From Pseudomonadota bacterium (GTDB lineage Bacteria; Bdellovibrionota_B; Oligoflexia; Oligoflexales; CAIMVM01), in NCBI GenBank assembly GCA_037142195.1, contig JBAXBA010000023.1, positions 1 through 46,115 of the forward strand: DNA of 46,115 nucleotides. Reading direction: 5' to 3'. A model generated the notes under the pieces. The model saw nothing but the letters and a program-made list of their open reading frames with translations, did not search any database and was not told where the DNA came from. Below, piece after piece: positions 40,901-46,115 of this stretch. The position numbers were made by a program, and so were the translations under genes. Within the stretch, counting starts at the first letter, position 1; every line of letters starts with the position of its first letter.

Positions 40901-41657
40901 CAAACATCCTGTCTAAAACATAATTCTTCCTATCGAAAGCATTCTGCCGAGCTTTCTCCTGAAGTTCTTTTGTATATTTAATAAATGGATTGTATTTAGA
41001 GGGACCCTTGACGGATCCGGCAATAAAGGCACCTTCCACCAAGTCTAAATCTTTAGTTTCCTTATTAAAGTAGTATTTGGAAGCAATTGCAATTCCTTTG
41101 CCGTTTCCAGCCACATGAAATTGATTCAAATAGAACTCGATAATTTCTTTTTTAGAGTAAAGGCGTTCCATCTGCATGGCCTTAACCATCTCTCTGAATT
41201 TTCTTGCAAAACTAGCTTCCCAGTCGTCCATCAGATTTTTTACGGTTTGCTGAGTTAAGGTGGATCCCCCTCGACGAAAACGTCCACCATGAAGTAGCCC
41301 TTCGGTACCTGCTTCCAAGATAGCCATGGGATCAACGCCGCGGTGCCGGTAAAAATTTTGATCTTCAGCTGCTACTAACGCATCCTGCAAGAACTTAGGA
41401 ATTTCACTCGATGGGATATAAGTTCTATGATCGGCATCAAAAATAGCTCCTATTCTTGTCACACCATCCAGATAGTAGACGGCCGATTCTTCGTTGATTC
41501 TCGAAAGAATGGAATTTTTTTCAAGAGAGCTAGTATCGCCGTAATACACTTGCCATAACACTACAGTTAAAGCCCCAGTAATCGCTGAAATGATCCCTAT
41601 CAACCCCAGGAAACATCCCCAAAGAGCGATTCCTCTAACGCTTTTCCTGACAATCAT
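37932..41657 (-). CDS. class A penicillin-binding protein (transglycosylase-transpeptidase, PBP1A-like)
   Basis: N-terminal TM; AAEDQNFYRHRGVD, GGSTLTQQ, RKFRE, KKEIIEFYLN; SVFK, SEN, KTGT; Pro/Glu-rich tail. Confidence 0.93.
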   Translation of the reverse strand: MIVRKSVRGIALWGCFLGLIGIISAITGALTVVLWQVYYGDTSSLEKNSILSRINEESAVYYLDGVTRIGAIFDADHRTYIPSSEIPKFLQDALVAAEDQNFYRHRGVDPMAILEAGTEGLLHGGRFRRGGSTLTQQTVKNLMDDWEASFARKFREMVKAMQMERLYSKKEIIEFYLNQFHVAGNGKGIAIASKYYFNKETKDLDLVEGAFIAGSVKGPSKYNPFIKYTKELQEKARQNAFDRKNYVLDRMFDEKMITNEQYQEAKARQVPFNRGEFRNSEVALLSLIKDMVGKPEILKALGLEDDKDINIAGLKIFTTIDSSLQKAAQLATRRNLSRLETILSPFKSEHADKYKPLRVLVPGDFNYAKVTGIKGKGADDFEIEVSFGVPFGVIKNDALVRFAKLMDLPIGAAEGHLAFMKELREKIKIGDILFCEIKDYNTESHEATLELQRRPEISGGLVALDRGEVRAVVSGFDTLGFNRAIHAKRQPGSVFKSLTYLAGLQMGWSILDELDNERQVFPYQGRFYYPRPDHTSPYNKVSMIWAGVMSENLASVYLGVNLLNRVSFDQFKELLTSLDLSPYDGESPRDYHFRVARTIGVQLDNRGVQEQQLQNAVEELKPDLVFAGQQNLLRHLKRTWWGTGYEAELQALFRNSTESTREETINRVQMLRNNYLRYNRLASILTSDWQMVKTAVETEGAERAMSQPVVKAALSHFKVISSDGRTELGFQTVLPEELSNRVGVSFPEQVVAGRSLNLLDVQSIWGKSGSALSGSAGISLLDVCLDGIVNLGTLQKLKQSTEQKYQEVLAREVPYSLNQYYQHHDFRIAVGLTYLKQLGKTLGVESELEPVLSFPLGTNVVTANEVAKIYQSFVSGKSYQFFKNGPVNQVTFIKRIEDRAGNVLYTAEATEKQIIKPEHAWQMREILRKIVTHGTGKRARGELFVNAAEKPQEEQGKPRAEGVAPDMTVRIPAFGKTGTTNEFTTAYFAGFLPYPTEFGRPLDVDNSLTIATYVGYDRPKMMRRGRIKVYGGTGALPIWTDFAKEVIRINKYEEKLDKLDLEVVARGEWPMSHDKALTPILVDLPRGIAMRAGDPGDRENFATTNLAKTGESFENEYSVSSLRTTVLMPSDFSNGNFSPRRMFQPVAVPVISKVAVKVAPKPQVVPEPSDSGDPAPISDESSQGDTNSAVDVGPLPKQVIPEEELKQEPAAPGEPPVAAPQDTKAKEGTEKEKKKGVLDLW

Positions 41658-41995
41658 GTGTTCCTCTAACTCAATGAGATCGATTATTTACTATTTCCAA
41701 ATCCTGCCACTCTACACAACTCTAAAACTAAACTAGGTAAAAATTTTACACTCTTATTTTACCTCTGTAAGAGATCATCTACCTACATACATAGTCTATC
41801 AGGAAACGGCGTATTTAGGTCCAACACAACAAAAACTAGAGTTTTGCCCTGATTTTAGACACAAAAGATGATGAGAAAAATAAAAAAACAGGTTAAAAAA
41901 AAGACAGAAACTTCAAATGGCTAATTATTGCACATTTAAGCGTAGCATTTGATACACCCGAAAGAATTTCGAAAAAATAGAAAAAAAAACCGAGC

Positions 41996-42175
41996 TGAAA
42001 AGACGAAAAAGACGAAAAAGACGAAAAAGACGAAAAAGACGAAAAAGACGAAAAAGACGGAAAACACGAAAAACACGAAAAAGACGGAAAAGACGAAAAA
42101 GACGAAAAAGACGAAAAAGACGGAAAAGACGAAAAAGACGAAAAAGACGGAAAAGACGAAAAAGACGGAAAAGAA
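41996..42175 (+). repeat. 9-bp tandem repeat, 20 units (GAAAAAGAC with GGAAAAGAC/GAAAAACAC variants)
   Basis: Units counted directly; lies between the divergent PBP1A and htrA genes. Confidence 0.95.
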
Positions 42176-42435
42176 TATATAAAAGGAAATTAACCCTCGA
42201 AAAAGTGGCCGAGTGTAGTCTGGAAAAAAGCTCGAGAAACCAATTAGTTAGCATGCGAAAGAACGACCTGATAAACGCGGTCTGCACACAAATCGTCTGA
42301 AGATAGGGACATATAAGCCCATCGTTCCTGTGAAAAGACTAGGGATCCATTCCAAAACATCAGGAATGCAAAACTTGCCGAACTTCACTTCAAGCCTACC
42401 AAGCTATCCTTTAGATAGACTTGCTGAGGTTATCT

Positions 42436-43512
42436 ATGGGCTTAACTGGACTCTTAAGGCTTATAATACTATCTACTTTAATGTCCTATCCTGACTATGC
42501 ACTGGCATATGCCAGTAGCTCTGTCGCAGATATGGTTGAAAAAGCCATGCCTGGGGTCGTTAATATTCGAACTAAACTCGCAGTCAAACGCGACCCGTCT
42601 TTAGACCTCTATAATTTCTTTCTTGATGGAAAACCACCACTCTCGGGGACCACTACATCCCTAGGTTCTGGAGTTATCATTGATCCGAAGGGCTATATCT
42701 TGACTAACTGGCATGTGGTCAAAGATGCTTCTAAAATCGACGTTTTCTTTGCTAAAACAAAGAAAACAAGTGAAGCTAGTATCGTAGGTTTAGATGTAAA
42801 AACGGATCTAGTACTCCTAAAAGTACAGCCCCCCCACGCGCTCACTTCACTTGACCTTGGCGATAGTGATGGGCTTCGAGTGGGCGACCAAGTTGTGGCG
42901 ATCGGCAATCCCTTTGGCTTTAGCCATACAGTCACAGCAGGAATTATATCGGCCAAGGGCCGCGTGATAGGGTCTGGACCGTGGGACAACTATATCCAAA
43001 CGGATGCAAGTATAAATCCCGGCAATAGTGGCGGTCCATTGCTTGATATTAGGGGGCGTGTAATTGGAATCAGCACTGCCGTTCACTCTGAAGGGCATGG
43101 GATTGGATTTGCGATTCCCTCGTCAACTGTAAAATCAGTCATTCGAGACTTAAGAGCCTATGGAAAAGTTGTAAGACCTTGGCTTGGCATTGTTGCAGAG
43201 AATATTGAATCCGCAAGTGATGTGAATCATAACCTTGATGGTGGCGGCAACCACGGCATTATTATTACAAATCTTATTGTCGACGGGCCTGGAATTCACT
43301 CTGGGTTTCGCATTAGCGATGTATTGCTACAATTCAATCAGCAAAAGATTACCGACGTAAACATGCTACAGAGACGCTTAGGAGACCTTAAATCGGGCGA
43401 ACAAGTGGAATTTAAGGTCTACCGAAGATCAGTAGGCTACATGTCGGTCAAATTAAAACTGCAAGAAATGCCGAAGGGACAGGATCTACCTGCTGAGGAG
43501 AACTTGTTCTAA
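42436..43512 (+). CDS. htrA: HtrA/DegQ-family serine protease, single PDZ
   Basis: GSGVII, LTNWHVV, TDLVLL, QTDASINPGNSGGPL, RPWLGI; start uncertain (42421 or 42436). Confidence 0.92.
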   Translation: MGLTGLLRLIILSTLMSYPDYALAYASSSVADMVEKAMPGVVNIRTKLAVKRDPSLDLYNFFLDGKPPLSGTTTSLGSGVIIDPKGYILTNWHVVKDASKIDVFFAKTKKTSEASIVGLDVKTDLVLLKVQPPHALTSLDLGDSDGLRVGDQVVAIGNPFGFSHTVTAGIISAKGRVIGSGPWDNYIQTDASINPGNSGGPLLDIRGRVIGISTAVHSEGHGIGFAIPSSTVKSVIRDLRAYGKVVRPWLGIVAENIESASDVNHNLDGGGNHGIIITNLIVDGPGIHSGFRISDVLLQFNQQKITDVNMLQRRLGDLKSGEQVEFKVYRRSVGYMSVKLKLQEMPKGQDLPAEENLF

Positions 43513-43513
43513 A

Positions 43514-44401
43514 ATGGATGTTACCTTTGAACTCCTAATCGAAGCTAAACTCTTTGAACTAGGAAAAATCAAAAAGCTTCTTACTCATTTAAATCGAGAT
43601 GATTTTGTCGAGTCGACTCAAGAATGGGAAGTATCCTCGAATGATCAAGTGACTATCGTCTCTCTATTTGATGAGACAAAAGATGTGCTTCTATTTATCG
43701 AAGCAAAAGTAAATCAAGATTTCGAGGCTCGAACCGAAATTAGAGAGTACTCTAGCCGCCTTTGGAAAGAGGCTTGGGAATCTGACTTCAAAAACTTAGA
43801 GTCAGACTATTTTACGTTTCAAGAAGGCTCTGACGCAGCAACAGAAACGAATGAACTTGAATATCACCCAGCTAAACCGTCTTCCAAAATGGAAAGAATC
43901 TATTTAAGCAGTGAAGGGGCCTTTGGCAAAGGCGATCACGCAACCACCAAAGCCACACTGGCACTTTTAGAAAAAGCTTTGACACCTTCTGAGTGCCGGA
44001 ATAAGACCTTTCTAGATGTCGGATGTGGCACAGGAGTTTTTGCCATTTGGGCCGAAAAATTTGGTTTTCAATCTGTAGTTGCTACCGACATCGATCCCGC
44101 TGCCATTACATCCACTAAAAAGAACAAGAAAAAAAACCGCTGTGTATTTGAAGTCTATGAAACCCCAATTCCACCGGCTGGCAAGTATCATGTTATTGTT
44201 TCCAATATTCTTCCTCCAGCGCTAAACCTGCTTTTTCCACTTTTTAAAGATAGGCTAGCGAACGACGGGCATCTCTTCCTTTCTGGATTTAATGAGGCTA
44301 ACTTTGTCGATGTTGAGGCAGATTGGATAAGAAGTGGATTTATCCTCGTAAATTCCATTGATGAAAGAGGCTGGTCAGCTGTTCAACTCGGTCACTTATA
44401 A
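43514..44401 (+). CDS. prmA: ribosomal protein L11 methyltransferase-like
   Basis: AFGKGDHATT, LDVGCGTG, DIDP.A, VIVSNIL, LFLSG, W near the C-terminus. Confidence 0.8.
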   Translation: MDVTFELLIEAKLFELGKIKKLLTHLNRDDFVESTQEWEVSSNDQVTIVSLFDETKDVLLFIEAKVNQDFEARTEIREYSSRLWKEAWESDFKNLESDYFTFQEGSDAATETNELEYHPAKPSSKMERIYLSSEGAFGKGDHATTKATLALLEKALTPSECRNKTFLDVGCGTGVFAIWAEKFGFQSVVATDIDPAAITSTKKNKKKNRCVFEVYETPIPPAGKYHVIVSNILPPALNLLFPLFKDRLANDGHLFLSGFNEANFVDVEADWIRSGFILVNSIDERGWSAVQLGHL

Positions 44402-45675
44402 TGGAAGCGACGGAGGTAGATTTGGCGAATGCCCCATAGCCAGACGCAAAAGATTTAAAGCTGTAACCGAAGCTTGAATGCGAATCGTCTCGCGGCGCTG
44501 CCAGGCACCAAATCGATGCTCGCTGATATGTGAGAAGCCTTCTGGCCCCAGAATGCCGATATACACCAGTCCGACGTCCTCGCCGCTACCTTCGACTGCA
44601 GGCCCTGCAAACCCGGTAGTTGAAATGCTCCAATCGCTCTTTAATGCCTTTCTAACTCCATCGGCAAGTTCAAAACAAACTTGCTTAGAAACGCTTCCCC
44701 AGGCACTCAAGGTGCTTTCCCTGACGCCTAAAATTTGATTTTTTACGAGATTTGTATATGCGGTAACACTACCTACAAACCATTGGGAGCTTCCAGGGAC
44801 ATCCGTAAACAGCTTTGACAGCAACCCACCGGTGCATGACTCCGCCACGGCAACAGACTCCCCTTTTTTTTTTGAAGCATGGACACGACTACCGCCTCGA
44901 GGGCAGCTCCATCCGAGGAATACACAAAATCAGAGAAAAGAGGCAAAATGACGCCTTTTTCAAATCGATCTAAGATTTCTTCAGATACAGCAGCCTCCGA
45001 TCTTGATGCAGAGCGAATCCTGACTCCAAAAGTCTCGGCATAAGTCGCTACAGAGGGTTGGTCTGAGTCAAGATGATGACCAAGCATTTCAGCAATTTTA
45101 GACTCGGGGAGACCAAAAATCCGATAATTCCTGGAACTCACCTTATGTCTGCTTATTCCTTTTTCTAACAACTTAGGTATGACCTGTTCAGCCCACATCT
45201 TCTTCATTTCAGTGGGCACCCCAGGCATGGTCACTACAATTTTTCCCATTTCAGGCTCGAGCCAAACACCCCAAGCTGTACCTATGGGATTTGCCAATAG
45301 CTTTGAACCTACAGGGAGCTTTGCCTGCTTAAGGTTGCTGCTTGACATCGTTCTGCCACGGGACTCGAAGAGGTTACGCATGGAGACAAGAACTTCGGGA
45401 AACTCCACTAACTCTAGAGCAAAAGTTTTTGCCAGTGTTTCATGTGTAAGATCGTCAGGTGTGGGCCCTATGCCGCCAGTAAGAATTATAAGATCAGCGC
45501 GGGAGAGAGCTCCGAGTATCACTTGAGATAGCCGCTCGGCATTGTCACCTACTACTGTCTGATAGTGATGATCAATCCCTAAGTCTTTCAAAGAAGACGC
45601 CAAAAAACTGGCATTGGTGTTCACAATCTCCCCTAAGAGAAGTTCCGTTCCAACAGCAATAATCTCAGCTCTCAT
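44396..45675 (-). pseudogene. cinA: CinA (MocF-like + PncC/NMN deamidase) split by a frameshift at an A10 tract; may be recoded or an assembly error
   Basis: N part MRAEIIAVGTELLLG..TGGIGPTPDDLT..PGVP.EM (to 44773); C part AESCTGG..STTGFAGP (44396-44848); adding one A to tract 44864-44873 fuses them. Confidence 0.85.
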
Positions 45676-45723
45676 ACTTGACCCCGTTCCTAGCTCATAG
45701 AGATTCATATACTATTAATTGCT

Positions 45724-45771
45724 GAGGGAATTTAAAAACTCAGAATAGAGGGAATTTAAAAACTCAGAATA
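45724..45771 (+). repeat. 24-bp exact tandem duplication, probable IS left end
   Basis: GAGGGAATTTAAAAACTCAGAATA x2, 52 bp before the transposase ATG. Confidence 0.8.
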
Positions 45772-45823
45772 AAGAATGATTTATCACTCTTTTGAGTGGA
45801 CAAAAAGAGCATACTTCCGCGAG

Positions 45824-46115
45824 ATGTTTGTAACCAAACCAACAACCGAGGAAAATATTCTTAGAAACAAACTATCATGGTATTTCAGTTCAATGCAACG
45901 AAATCTTTTTCCAGGATTCACCGAAGAGCTAGGGCCCACTACCGCCACCCATTTGAAGGTGATTGTTGCGCTTGACATGATCCAAGTTGAAAATTTTACC
46001 GCTTATAAAAACCCATTCGTTGTAGGGCGTCGTCCAGTCAATCGTGATGCAATGGCAAGCGCATTTATCGCTAAAAGCATCCTCAATATTCCATCGACCG
46101 TTGCGCTCATTGATC
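45824..46115 (+). mobile_element. IS transposase N-terminus (IS5/IS1182-like, DUF772-type), truncated by window end
   Basis: Frame open to the end, absent from the ORF track: MFVTKPT..QRNLFPGFTEELGP..H...GRRPVNRDAMASAFIAKSILNIPSTVALID. Confidence 0.75.

Noticed and set aside
41925..42287. (LFR)n and (KTK)n ORFs
   Set aside because: By-products of a stop-free 9-bp repeat; no convincing start signals
45724..45771. 24-bp repeat as a CRISPR array
   Set aside because: Two directly abutting copies with no spacer and no cas genes
1716..45978. Numerous short ORFs antisense or out of frame within confident genes
   Set aside because: Shadow ORFs of well-supported coding sequences

Overview
Bacterial chromosomal segment. 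The many Cys-lipoproteins, secreted proteases, GlpX and long PBP1A suggest a Gram-negative Bdellovibrionota/Oligoflexia-like host (inference). Contents in order: a hypothetical gene, an S1 lipoprotein protease, a 1841-aa adhesin-like lipoprotein with two 7-repeat FG-GAP blocks, an orphan soluble histidine kinase, a coupled beta-barrel/DNRLRE/discoidin-like three-gene operon, a PMI-like cupin, and an alpha/beta hydrolase. Next come a phoB-phoR-kinase-PP2C unit divergent from pstSCAB (no phoU), bcp with a catalase-like lipoprotein and a di-heme RoxA-like lipoprotein, a subtilase, a DUF4337 protein, a PKD-like lipoprotein, glpX, a HI0933/BaiN flavoprotein, PBP1A, htrA and prmA. The window ends with a cinA split at an A10 tract and the start of an IS transposase. 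The strongest novelty candidate is an unannotated, multi-helix, ~360-nt non-coding region at ~34947-35310, preceded by a sigma70-like promoter. Its 5' half resembles, from memory, the OLE RNA of Bacillota, but it is much shorter and lacks the usual neighbouring genes. No searches could be run: family calls rest on recognisable motifs and base pairs were checked by eye.
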